34,665 nt of DNA. It comes from a virus. Taxonomy: Duplodnaviria > Heunggongvirae > Uroviricota > Caudoviricetes. Under the pieces are notes generated by a model, which searched no databases, was not told the origin of the DNA, and saw only the letters and a program-made list of their open reading frames with translations. Every line of letters begins with the position of its first letter. Positions within the stretch are counted from its first letter, which is position 1. The translations under genes and the position numbers were made by a program. Location of the stretch: IMG/VR virus record IMGVR_UViG_2698536302_000011, positions 1 through 34,665 of that record; one strand, given 5' to 3'. This document shows positions 9,177 through 17,568 of this stretch, one piece after another.

Positions 9177-9448
9177 ATATCGACGCAACAATGACGATTG
9201 GTACGGCCCTCAATACGGGGCTGGCGCTTCTTGGTTGGTGCTACATCATGTTCTGCTCATGGCGGTGGCTGTCACTGATGTTACTGAAAGAATGGAATAA
9301 ACGCTGTAAACAGACGCAGCGGCAGAAGGCAATGAATGCGTTTTTTGAGACCTTCGATATTGACAGTATAGAACCAGGAGAGCCAGCTCGCGTGATTAGC
9401 AGAGGTGACGTTGTAATTCTTGTATACCGGAGTGAAGAGAAAGCATAA
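9173..9448 (+). CDS. Small membrane protein (one predicted TM helix)
   Basis: 91 aa; hydrophobic segment 'LALLGWCYIMFCSWRWLSLMLL'; GTG start after GGAGGAGG; translationally coupled to the upstream gene. Confidence 0.4.
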   Translation: MNIDATMTIGTALNTGLALLGWCYIMFCSWRWLSLMLLKEWNKRCKQTQRQKAMNAFFETFDIDSIEPGEPARVISRGDVVILVYRSEEKA

Positions 9449-9550
9449 TCCAAATCTGAATAATTAAATCCAGCACTGTAAATAAAATTTAATCCTTAAC
9501 CGGAGGGATTTCTGCACCCTCAGAACATCAGGAGGCCGCCCGAAAGGGCG

Positions 9551-10087
9551 GTGGAGATAATAATGGAAATAACTAAAGAACGATTATTGGAAATAGCAAA
9601 TCTTAGTGAAAGGGCATTAAGTGATGGGAGGATTATTTCTCCTGATGCTTATGAATCAGTTACAAGTATAGAAATAATAACGATGGCCAGGATGCTTCTT
9701 GGTTGCCTCAAAAAAGAATATAAAAAAAAGGTGGATAGCAATGCTAATATATATGATATTTTGGACAGTTGGGGGGCTTGGGCTGCAGCTGGAAATAGTT
9801 CTATCAACTGGCAGCAAGTGGCTGATAAATATAAAGATGTAGTACCTCATGGTAAGAAATTACGCCGTCAGTGTGGCAACGATGAAGGTCGTATGATTGA
9901 TACCTGCATGTTGAAGCTTAAACAATATAGAATAGATGACTATGAGTTAATTATCGCTCATTTTGTTATAGGTATATCTTTGCGTACAATAGCACGAAGG
10001 TACAAATGTTCAGATGGAACAATAAGAAAGAATATACAACTTACAATGGGAGTATTGTTAGGATTGTCTTTTTATGTGCAATTATAG
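9551..10087 (+). CDS. Q82-type antitermination protein homolog
   Basis: C-terminal ~110 aa align to the phage 82 / DLP12 QuuD family as recalled ('WGAWAA', 'QCGNDEGRMIDTCMLKLK', 'DDYELIIAHFVIGISLRTIARRYKCSDGTIRKNIQ'); ~70-aa N-terminal extension; a shorter start at M45 (~9683) is possible; lies in low-GC DNA. Confidence 0.5.
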   Translation: MEIIMEITKERLLEIANLSERALSDGRIISPDAYESVTSIEIITMARMLLGCLKKEYKKKVDSNANIYDILDSWGAWAAAGNSSINWQQVADKYKDVVPHGKKLRRQCGNDEGRMIDTCMLKLKQYRIDDYELIIAHFVIGISLRTIARRYKCSDGTIRKNIQLTMGVLLGLSFYVQL

Positions 10088-10092
10088 ATATA

Positions 10093-10572
10093 TCACATGA
10101 GCCTTGTTATGTCTTTTAGACGCGACCAGGTAGTATAAAATTTTTTAAATGTAATAAGCAGGAAAAAAATTCCCACTTGGAGTAATAGTTGGGCATATGT
10201 GTGCTCGTCGGCATCTTTTACTAGTGGGAATTTAAACTTTAGTGTATCAGGGAAAAATAATAAAATGATAAAAATAATACAAACTGATAGTAACCATCCC
10301 ATAGTGGAGTGCATTTCTTCGGTCAGTTTTTTCAAATAACCAGTTTTTCCTATATTTCTAATTAGCGTATTATCTCTAGCTGAAGCAATCAAGGTAAGCG
10401 AACCTAAAACAAAGCCAAATAATATCCCAGAAAATGTAGAAACGGCCGAAGCGATTGGCTGAATTTGTGCAAAATTTAGCTTTGCAGAAAGAGGCCATGC
10501 GATGATACAAAAAACAACAGAGGCTAAATTATAACCATAACTGTACAAAGTTATCAATTTCCCCTTTTTCAT
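10093..10572 (-). CDS. Small four-TM membrane protein; candidate RexB-like effector
   Basis: 159 aa with four hydrophobic helices; immediately downstream of the 304-aa gene (16-bp gap) in low-GC DNA; segment after TM2 'LIASARDNTLIRNIGKTGY' resembles lambda RexB 'LIGSRTRRLAKIREYGY' as I recall it. Confidence 0.45.
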   Translation of the reverse strand: MKKGKLITLYSYGYNLASVVFCIIAWPLSAKLNFAQIQPIASAVSTFSGILFGFVLGSLTLIASARDNTLIRNIGKTGYLKKLTEEMHSTMGWLLSVCIIFIILLFFPDTLKFKFPLVKDADEHTYAQLLLQVGIFFLLITFKKFYTTWSRLKDITRLM

Positions 10573-10587
10573 ACCATCGCTCCAAAA

Positions 10588-11502
10588 TTAATCAACTCTT
10601 TGATTGGCTACTCCAAAGTATGCCTTCAATTCATCATCTTTACTATCTTTTGCAAGAGTTAAGGCGCTCCAAATGCTGCCAACTAATGGATACCTACCTC
10701 CAAGTTCAACATCTGTGTAGTAGACTAATTTGTCTGCTACAAGATCGATAGGATGCTGTACACCGGTCTCAATGTCTTGGGTTTCTAGTTTAAGTTTTTC
10801 AACCTCAAAAGTCTCTAGTGTTTCTTTAAAGGCTCTTTTTAGTTGAGAACCTAGATAGCGAGATTCAGGATCTTCAGAACGACTATCCCCACGTAATGTA
10901 AGATTTACTTTGGCAGAATTAGTACCATTTAGAGTGGCTATCAATGCATTGTTGAAGTTATGTTCAACATCCTCATATAGTTGCACATTCTTTGGCCGAG
11001 CGATACCGATTTCTAGAGTTTTGATTCGAACTTCATTACGCATCAACCACTTTAAACTACTGGTCTGAATGATGGGATTAACAGTTGTATTTTGTGAACT
11101 GTTGGAAAGATATTTACTTAATAGCAACCAGCCATAACAGAGTCTGTTTCGTTGAATTATTAAAACTGAGTCTTGGGTATAAAAATGAAAATAAGCTTTT
11201 TCTAATAAGTTTTCATTGATTTCAAGTTTAATTTCTCTTTCTTCACCTCCGGCTACAGCAACATGAGGGAGATTATTGGTTCTGTGTTTTCCTATAACTC
11301 CCCTGAAACCATAGTCGGTTCTTTCCATGAAGCGCATTTCAACTAGTTTATTTCCTATTTTACGTACAGTTTTGTCTCGGCCTTCGCTGTATGACTCAAA
11401 AATTTTTGAAAAAACAGCTTCAGGTGAATTAACTCCTGCATTTGTATCAGTGCTTATAGTGTGACATTGATAAAAATCGAAGAAAAAGCGCTTGCTAGCC
11501 AT
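10588..11502 (-). CDS. Soluble ~300-aa protein of unknown family; candidate RexA-like sensor
   Basis: 304 aa, no TM segment; first gene of a two-gene leftward operon with the four-TM protein; size and order mirror rexA-rexB; no primary-sequence match I can assert. Confidence 0.4.
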   Translation of the reverse strand: MASKRFFFDFYQCHTISTDTNAGVNSPEAVFSKIFESYSEGRDKTVRKIGNKLVEMRFMERTDYGFRGVIGKHRTNNLPHVAVAGGEEREIKLEINENLLEKAYFHFYTQDSVLIIQRNRLCYGWLLLSKYLSNSSQNTTVNPIIQTSSLKWLMRNEVRIKTLEIGIARPKNVQLYEDVEHNFNNALIATLNGTNSAKVNLTLRGDSRSEDPESRYLGSQLKRAFKETLETFEVEKLKLETQDIETGVQHPIDLVADKLVYYTDVELGGRYPLVGSIWSALTLAKDSKDDELKAYFGVANQRVD

Positions 11503-11950
11503 TGCAAAAATTTCCTGTAAAAAATAATTACATACTTAAGATACTACAAAGAATAATGCGTACGCAAAATTTTTTGTTGAGTAGAATATGTTCGCGGGGT
11601 ATTTTTCGTTAAGATATAATTACCATGGTAACTTTTGCGTTGGTAATGCATTATGTGGTGGAGAAAAAGAGAGAGTCTTATCTTTAAATTATCGCCAGCC
11701 TATATGACTATATGAGTAGTATTTAGATGGGAAATTGTTGAGTTATTGAAAGGAACCATAACCTTTATGTAAAATTACTGCGGGTGCTTGAGGTTATCTG
11801 TCTCAGGCATGCCACCAAAAGGCAGATAGAGAAAAGCCCCAGTTAACGTTACGCGTCCTGCAAGACGTTTAACATTAATCTGAGGCTCAATCTATGAACG
11901 GCAAATCTAGGTTAGCCTCTTACGTGCCGAAAGGCAAGGAGAAGCAGGCT

Positions 11951-12106
11951 ATGAAGCAGCAAAAGGCGATGTTAATCGCCCTGATCGTCATCTGTTTAAC
12001 CGTCATAGTGACGGCACTGGTAACGAGGAAAGACCTCTGCGAGGTACGAATCCGAACCGGCCAGACGGAGGTCGCTGTCTTCACAGCTTACGAACCTGAG
12101 GAGTAA
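11951..12106 (+). CDS. hok: Hok/Gef-family type I toxin
   Basis: 51 aa 'MKQQKAMLIALIVICLTVIVTALVTRKDLCEVRIRTGQTEVAVFTAYEPEE' aligns to Hok ('...[25 protein letters not shown]'); the track ORF extends in frame upstream to 11894 (possible mok-like leader). Confidence 0.85.
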   Translation: MKQQKAMLIALIVICLTVIVTALVTRKDLCEVRIRTGQTEVAVFTAYEPEE

Positions 12107-12173
12107 GAGACCAGGTGAGGGAGAAATCCCTCGCCACCTCTGATGAGTCAGGCATCCTCAACGCACCCGCACT

Positions 12174-12201
12174 TAACCCGCTTCGGCGGGTTTTGTTTTT
12201 T
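12174..12201 (+). terminator. Rho-independent terminator after hok
   Basis: CCCGC-TTCG-GCGGG hairpin followed by TTTTGTTTTTT. Confidence 0.6.
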
Positions 12202-12273
12202 CCTGGCATTCTGGTTTACAATTCGCACGCCAGCCTGAACAACTGGCACCTGCTGCGCCAGCAGAGACAACCG

Positions 12274-12546
12274 ATGGCGCACAAAACCAAATTTCACAAT
12301 TCTGATACCGCCCTTGCCATCCGGCATGGGCGGCGTTCACACGCATTTAAAACCGACTGGTACCAACACCCACCATGTACTGAAGAACAGGCCGAATGGC
12401 TAATTCATAACTACCGCAGACGCGGATACGAGATTAAGAAAGCCCTCAGCCTCGATTATCGTCACTGGATAATCTATGTCAGGCTCCCTTATTCCGAACG
12501 CCCACCGCGTCCGTCCCGCACATTCCAGCAACGCATCTGGAGGTAA
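12274..12546 (+). CDS. Hypothetical nin-region protein
   Basis: ~90 aa from the internal ATG downstream of the hok terminator; basic protein; the track ORF begins at 12115 but its upstream portion spans the terminator. Confidence 0.4.
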   Translation: MAHKTKFHNSDTALAIRHGRRSHAFKTDWYQHPPCTEEQAEWLIHNYRRRGYEIKKALSLDYRHWIIYVRLPYSERPPRPSRTFQQRIWR

Positions 12547-12547
12547 C

Positions 12548-13603
12548 GTGCGGGTATTACTTCGACCTGTTCCGGTACCGGAACTTGGGCTGGTGGTGCT
12601 AAAACCGGGCCGTGAATCCATGCAGGTATTTCATAACCCTCGAGTTCTGGTGGAGCCGGAACCGAAAAGCATGCGCGGTCTGCCGTCCGGAGTCGTTCCT
12701 GCTGTTCGCCAGCCGCTGGCGGAGGATAAATCATTACTGCCATTTTTCAGCGATGAGCGGGTGATTCGTGCTGCTGGTGGTGCTGGTGCATTGTCTGACT
12801 GGCTGTTACGCCACGTTAAATCCTGCCAGTGGCCTCATGGTGACTACCATCACAGTGAAACCGTCATACATCGTTACGGTACCGGCGCGATGGTGTTGTG
12901 CTGGCACTGCGACAACCAGCTGCGTAACCAGACTTCCGAATCACTCGGGCAGCTTGCTCACCAAAACCTGTCAGCATGGATGATTGATGTCATCCGCCAC
13001 GCAATGAATGGCACGCAGGAGCGGGAATTATCGCTGGCTGAATTATCCTGGTGGGCAACCATAAATAACGTAGCGGACGCACTACCGGAGACGGTGTTAC
13101 GTCGTTCACTGGGATTACGCGCGGAAAAAATTCGCTCAGTATACCGCGAGAGCGACATCGTGCCGGGAGAGCAGACCGCCACCAGCATGCTGAAGCAGCG
13201 CACAAAAAATATTGCGCTACTGCCTCACGCCCACCAGCAAAACCCGCCACAGGAAAAGACGGTGGTAAGCATTGCCGTTGATCCGGAGTCACCGGCTCAG
13301 TATCTCCAGCGCCAGAAACCACGACGGGAAGAGATGCCTGTATACACGCGTTGGGTAAAAACGCAGAAATGCATGACGTGTGGTAATCAGGCAGATGATC
13401 CGCATCACATCATTGGTCATGGACTGGGAGGGATGGGAACAAAGGCTGATGATTTGTTTGTTATTCCGCTGTGCCGTAAATGCCATAGCGAACTACACGC
13501 CGGGGTAAAAGATTTTGAAGAAAAACACGGCAGCCAGCTGTTGTTGCTGATTCGTTTTTTAATGCACGCGAGAAATTCGGGTGTCCTGAAGTGGAAAGCA
13601 TGA
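12548..13603 (+). CDS. DUF968-like prophage protein (Cys/His-rich C-terminal motif)
   Basis: C-terminal 'CMTCGNQADDPHHIIGHGLGGMGTKADDLFVIPLCRKCHSELHAG'; GTG at 12548 preceded by GGAGG and abutting the upstream stop (track ORF from 12476); located just upstream of rusA. Confidence 0.5.
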   Translation: MRVLLRPVPVPELGLVVLKPGRESMQVFHNPRVLVEPEPKSMRGLPSGVVPAVRQPLAEDKSLLPFFSDERVIRAAGGAGALSDWLLRHVKSCQWPHGDYHHSETVIHRYGTGAMVLCWHCDNQLRNQTSESLGQLAHQNLSAWMIDVIRHAMNGTQERELSLAELSWWATINNVADALPETVLRRSLGLRAEKIRSVYRESDIVPGEQTATSMLKQRTKNIALLPHAHQQNPPQEKTVVSIAVDPESPAQYLQRQKPRREEMPVYTRWVKTQKCMTCGNQADDPHHIIGHGLGGMGTKADDLFVIPLCRKCHSELHAGVKDFEEKHGSQLLLLIRFLMHARNSGVLKWKA

Positions 13604-13969
13604 ATGACTGAACGCATAGAATTTGTTTTGCCTTACCCGCCAACGGTGAACACTTACTGGCGACGTCGTGGCAGCACATATTTTGTATCAAAAGCCGGTG
13701 AGCGTTATCGCCGTGATGTGGCGCTTATTGTTCGCCAGCAGCGGCTGAAATTAAACCTGTCCGGAAGGCTGGCGATAAAGATTATTGCAGAGCCACCGGA
13801 TAAACGTCGTCGTGACCTGGACAATATCCTGAAAGCACCACTGGATGCGCTGACGCATGCCGGACTACTCATAGACGACGAGCAGTTTGATGAAATCAAT
13901 ATTGTGCGCGGTCAGCGCGTTCCTGGGGGGCGGCTGGGCGTGAAGATTTACAAAATTGAGAGTGAGTGA
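13604..13969 (+). CDS. rusA: RusA-family Holliday junction resolvase
   Basis: 121 aa; 'VLPYPPTVNTYWRRRG...', 'PDKRRRDLDNILKAPLDALTHAGLLIDDEQ' match the RusA family. Confidence 0.85.
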   Translation: MTERIEFVLPYPPTVNTYWRRRGSTYFVSKAGERYRRDVALIVRQQRLKLNLSGRLAIKIIAEPPDKRRRDLDNILKAPLDALTHAGLLIDDEQFDEINIVRGQRVPGGRLGVKIYKIESE

Positions 13970-14520
13970 TCGTAAATATGATATACCCGGAAATTACAGG
14001 CAAAAGCGGCGAGCATTTACGTCTAAAAACGCTGGAAGCCGTCTGGATCCAGGGGAAATTACGGATGTGGGGGCGTTGGTCGTATATAGGTGGTGGCAAA
14101 CCAGGAAATATGTTCAATCAGTTGCTGGCATCCAAAAAACTGACAAAAACCGCAATCAATGAAGCCCTGCGTAGAATCAGGGAGTCAGGGATTGATAAAC
14201 CAGAGCTGGAAGCATTCTTGCGAGAGATGATCGCTGGCAGACAGAAGAGCTGGTTGTCTCACTGTACTGATGCAGAGGCGTTACGCATTGATGGGGTGAT
14301 AAGTAAAGCGCTTGCACGTTATCCTGGATTGATTGATATCCTGCGGCAAAGGTACGAAGGGCGGGGGATGAGTAAACGCAAAATGGCTGAATTGTTGAAT
14401 GAGGTGCACCCGGAATGGTGTTTTAGTACATGCGAAAAGCGAATTGCTAATTGGTTAGCTGTTGCTGAATATGCGCTATACATCCCTATGCGAGAATCGT
14501 TTGCTCAAAAAATGTCTTGA
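13966..14520 (+). CDS. Putative late-gene regulator in the Q position (family uncertain)
   Basis: 184 aa directly after rusA; followed by the same terminator + small-ORF + methyltransferase unit that follows the lambda-Q-type fragment in the paralogous copy; no confident motif match. Confidence 0.35.
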   Translation: MIVNMIYPEITGKSGEHLRLKTLEAVWIQGKLRMWGRWSYIGGGKPGNMFNQLLASKKLTKTAINEALRRIRESGIDKPELEAFLREMIAGRQKSWLSHCTDAEALRIDGVISKALARYPGLIDILRQRYEGRGMSKRKMAELLNEVHPEWCFSTCEKRIANWLAVAEYALYIPMRESFAQKMS

Positions 14521-14604
14521 TTTTTTACGCATAAACTGTTTCAATCCAGCTACGCTTCGCAAAGCTATACCGCGAGGCGAATAGCAGACATGGACACCTG
14601 AAAG

Positions 14605-14628
14605 AACCCGCTTTATGCGGGTTTTTTT
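14605..14628 (+). terminator. Rho-independent terminator
   Basis: ACCCGC-TTTAT-GCGGGT hairpin plus T7 run. Confidence 0.6.
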
Positions 14629-14658
14629 GTGCCCGAAAAGCGGTACAGGACGTTAAAT

Positions 14659-15169
14659 GCGCTGGTGGTTGCGAATGCCGGTCTTTCAGCTTGCTGGCTT
14701 TTTCGACAAGAGGTATTGGTATGTCACGTTAACCGGAAAAGGGAAAAAGGCATGCTAAAACAGCAGGATATGACCGAAACCGCCAGAGTGGTGTTTAATG
14801 AATTAAGCATCACCGAACCGGCGACCGTCGGGGAAATTGCGCAGAATACTTACCTTTCACGCGAACGCTGCCAGTTAATACTGACTCAGCTTGTTATGGC
14901 GGGTCTGGCAGATTATCAGTTCGGTTGTTACAGACGCCTTCCGCAGTGAAGGCTTTTTAATTTGTGGTAATGGGCGGCTGGTGGGTGTTAGCGGCACCTG
15001 CCAGCCATCTGCTCATGCGTTGGGGTCACAAGCAAACCTCAGGCCCATCTGCTTTGCGCAAAAGCGGTATGAGCCTATCAGAGAAGTGCTTATTGATCTA
15101 TGATTAATACTGTAAAAATATCCAGTTGTGAGTTAATCAACGCTGATTGCCTGGAGTTTATCCAGACCT
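14659..15169 (+). repeat. Direct repeat unit A (small ORF + 5' end of the methyltransferase gene)
   Basis: Near-identical to 15722-16232 (period ~1063 bp); ends at the ambiguous base 15170; its methyltransferase-start sequence is identical to that at 16297 onward. Confidence 0.7.
14752..14949 (+). CDS. Small winged-helix-like protein (repeat copy 1)
   Basis: 65 aa 'MLKQQDMTETARVVFNELSITEPATVGEIAQNTYLSRERCQLILTQLVMAGLADY...'; near-identical copy at 15814-16011. Confidence 0.45.
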   Translation: MLKQQDMTETARVVFNELSITEPATVGEIAQNTYLSRERCQLILTQLVMAGLADYQFGCYRRLPQ

Positions 15170-15170
15170 N

Positions 15171-15589
15171 TCCAGTATCCGGATGGTAAGCCGCCGGTAT
15201 GGGCAAAGTGTACGAAAGGTGTGTATCCGTCTTACTGGGAAGAATGGAAAAAAGTCAGGGAGGTGGTAAAAGTTGCCTGTCCGGAGTGTGGCGGAAAGGG
15301 TGAGGTTTCCACCGCCTGTAAGGATTGCCGTGGGCGTGGTGTCGCCATTCATCGTGAAGAGTCGGTAAAACGTGGTATGCCTGTTATCAGAGACTGCCAG
15401 CGTTGTGGTGGTCGTGGCTATGAAAGACTACCATCAACGGAGGCATTTAATGCTATATGCGAGGTGACAAACCAGATAACACGCGCGTCATGGGAAAAAA
15501 CAGTTAAGAAATTTTATGATGCGCTGGTGACCCGGTTTGATATTGAAGAAGCATGGGCTGAGCGGCAGTTAAAAAAGGTAACTAGGTAA
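15171..15589 (+). pseudogene. Lambda-Q-type antiterminator, C-terminal part only (5' truncated at the N junction)
   Basis: 'CPECGGKGE...CKDCRGRGVA...CQRCGGRGYERLPSTEAFNAICEVTNQITRASWEKTVKKFYDALV' aligns to the C-terminal half of lambda Q; the reading frame is open back to the N at 15170 where unrelated sequence begins; no N-terminal half is present. Confidence 0.55.
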
Positions 15590-15669
15590 CAAGGTTGATT
15601 TTTCCGGAATCTGTGGTAAATTCGTCATAACGATGGGCGTTTTATGCCTGACGTTAGAAGAGTTTCTAC

Positions 15670-15694
15670 AACCCGCCGCCGAGCGGGTTTTTTA
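15670..15694 (+). terminator. Rho-independent terminator
   Basis: ACCCGCCGCCGAGCGGGT hairpin followed by a T run. Confidence 0.55.
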
Positions 15695-15721
15695 TGACTG
15701 AAATCGCGTCAGTACAGTAAA

Positions 15722-16261
15722 CGCGCTGGTGGCGGTGAATACCTGTCTTTCAGCTTGCTGGCTTTTTCGACAAGAGTTATTGGTGTGTCACGTTAACCGG
15801 AAAAGGAAAAGACATGCTAAAACAGCAGGATATGACAGAAACCGCCAGAGTGGTGTTTAATGAATTAAGCGTTACCGAACCGGCGACAGTCGGGGAGATA
15901 GCGCAGAATACTTACCTTTCACGCGAACGCTGCCAGTTAATACTGACTCAGCTTGTTATGGCGGGTCTGGCAGATTATCAGTTCGGTTGTTACAGACGCC
16001 TTCCGCAGTGAAGGCTTTTTAATTTGTGGTAATGGGCGGCTGGTGGGTGTTAGCGGCACCTGCCAGCCATCTGCTCATGCGTTGGGGTCACAAGCAAACC
16101 TCAGGCCCATCTGCTTTGCGCAAAAGCGGTATGAGCCTATCAGAGAAGTGCTTATTGATCTATGATTAATACTGTAAAAATATCCAGTTGTGAGTTAATC
16201 AACGCCGACTGCCTGGAATTTATCCGGTCGTTACCCGAAAATTCTGTTGACCTGATAGTCA
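15722..16261 (+). repeat. Direct repeat unit B (variant paralogous copy), running into the N gap
   Basis: Same unit as 14659-15169 with scattered substitutions; its methyltransferase 5' end differs at several positions from the copy at 16297. Confidence 0.7.
15814..16011 (+). CDS. Small winged-helix-like protein (repeat copy 2)
   Basis: 65 aa; differs from copy 1 by I->V in 'NELSVTEP'. Confidence 0.4.
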   Translation: MLKQQDMTETARVVFNELSVTEPATVGEIAQNTYLSRERCQLILTQLVMAGLADYQFGCYRRLPQ

Positions 16262-16287
16262 NNNNNNNNNNNNNNNNNNNNNNNNNN
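16262..16287. other. Assembly gap (run of 26 N)
   Basis: Contiguous n characters; the flanks overlap redundantly, both containing the methyltransferase 5' end. Confidence 0.95.
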
Positions 16288-16296
16288 TAATGATCC

Positions 16297-17346
16297 ATGC
16301 TTAATACTGTAAAAATATCCAGTTGTGAGTTAATCAACGCTGATTGCCTGGAGTTTATCCAGACCTTACCGGAAAACTCTGTCGATCTGATAGTCACAGA
16401 CCCGCCATACTTTAAAGTGAAGCCCGAGGGCTGGGATAACCAGTGGGAGGGCGACGATGATTACCTGAAATGGCTGGACCAGTGTCTGGCGCAGTTCTGG
16501 CGGGTACTGAAGCCTGCCGGAAGTCTTTACCTGTTCTGTGGTCATCGCCTGGCATCTGACACCGAAATCATGATGCGTGAGCGCTTTAATGTGCTGAACC
16601 ACATTATCTGGGCGAAGCCGTCCGGACGCTGGAACGGGTGCAATAAGGAAAGTCTGCGGGCGTATTTTCCGGCAACAGAGCGCATTCTGTTTGCAGAACA
16701 TTATCAGGGACCGTATCGCCCGAAAGATGATGGCTATGTGGAGCAGGGGCGCGAGCTAAAACAGCACGTCATGGCCCCGCTGATTTCTTACTTTCGTGAT
16801 GCGCGTAAATCACTGGGAATAACGTCAAAACAGATAGCGGAAGCCACCGGAAAGAAAAACATGGCTTCGCACTGGTTTGGTGCCAGTCAGTGGCAGTTAC
16901 CGAACGAGGGTGATTACAATAAATTGCAGGCGTTGTTTGCGCGTGTTGCGGCAGAAAAACATCAGCGCGGGGAACTGGAAAAGCCACACCACCAGCTGGT
17001 CAGCACATACAGTGAGCTGAACCGGCAGTATACGGAACTGCTGAGTGAATATAAAAATTTGCGGCGGTATTTCGGTGTGACGGCGCAGGTTCCGTACACC
17101 GATGTCTGGACGCATAAACCGGTGCAGTACTATCCAGGGAAACATCCGTGCGAAAAACCGGCAGAAATGCTGCAGCAGATAATCAACGCGAGCAGTCGTC
17201 CGGGAGACCTGGTTGCAGATTTTTTTATGGGTTCAGGTTCAACGGTAAAAGCGGCGATGGCACTGGGGCGTTGTGCGATTGGTGTTGAGCTGGAGACCGG
17301 ACGTTTTGAACAGACAGTCAGGGAAGTTCAGGATTTAATCGTTTGA
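16297..17346 (+). CDS. DNA N6-adenine/N4-cytosine methyltransferase (beta-class; DPPY before FxGxG)
   Basis: 349 aa; motif IV 'DLIVTDPPY' near the N-terminus and motif I 'DFFMGSGST' near the C-terminus. Confidence 0.85.
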   Translation: MLNTVKISSCELINADCLEFIQTLPENSVDLIVTDPPYFKVKPEGWDNQWEGDDDYLKWLDQCLAQFWRVLKPAGSLYLFCGHRLASDTEIMMRERFNVLNHIIWAKPSGRWNGCNKESLRAYFPATERILFAEHYQGPYRPKDDGYVEQGRELKQHVMAPLISYFRDARKSLGITSKQIAEATGKKNMASHWFGASQWQLPNEGDYNKLQALFARVAAEKHQRGELEKPHHQLVSTYSELNRQYTELLSEYKNLRRYFGVTAQVPYTDVWTHKPVQYYPGKHPCEKPAEMLQQIINASSRPGDLVADFFMGSGSTVKAAMALGRCAIGVELETGRFEQTVREVQDLIV

Positions 17347-17395
17347 AACGGATGAGATTGCAGAATTAATTACGCACCATTATTATTCTGCTCCC

Positions 17396-17471
17396 GGCCC
17401 TTTAGCTCAGTGGTGAGAGCGAGCGACTCATAATCGCCAGGTCGCTGGTTCAAATCCAGCAAGGGCCACCA
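17396..17471 (+). tRNA. tRNA with CAU anticodon (Met or lysidine-modified Ile2)
   Basis: Cloverleaf folded by hand: acceptor GGCCCTT/AAGGGCC, D-arm GCTC...GAGC, anticodon loop CTCATAA, T-arm GCTGG-TTCAAAT-CCAGC, encoded CCA. Confidence 0.85.
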
Positions 17472-17478
17472 TCACATA

Positions 17479-17555
17479 CCGCCATTAGCTCATCAGGATA
17501 GAGCGCCAGCCTTCGAAGCTGGTTGCGCGGGGTTCGAGTCCTCGATGGCGGTCCA
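17479..17555 (+). tRNA. tRNA-Arg (anticodon UCG)
   Basis: Acceptor CCGCCAT/ATGGCGG, anticodon loop CTTCGAA, T-loop TTCGAGT, encoded CCA. Confidence 0.85.
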
Positions 17556-17568
17556 TTATCTGTACCCT

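Noticed and set aside
10700-10730. Possible HEPN-like Rx4-6H motif ('RGVIGKH') in the 304-aa protein
   Set aside because: A single short motif match is expected by chance and there is no supporting fold evidence; not used to assign function.
12590-12625. Apparent one-base disagreement between my reading of the printed sequence and the ORF-track frames near 12600
   Set aside because: Most likely my miscount of a homopolymer A run; the ORF track was taken as authoritative and no biological claim is based on it.
14891-15103. 70-aa ORF 'MLWRVWQIISSVV...' present twice (also 15953-16165)
   Set aside because: Its duplication reflects the DNA repeat rather than conservation; it overlaps the end of the small winged-helix ORF in another frame and has no RBS or domain.
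15158-16397. Minus-strand ORFs containing X residues
   Set aside because: They are produced by translating through N bases at 15170 and 16262-16287; artefacts of the gap.
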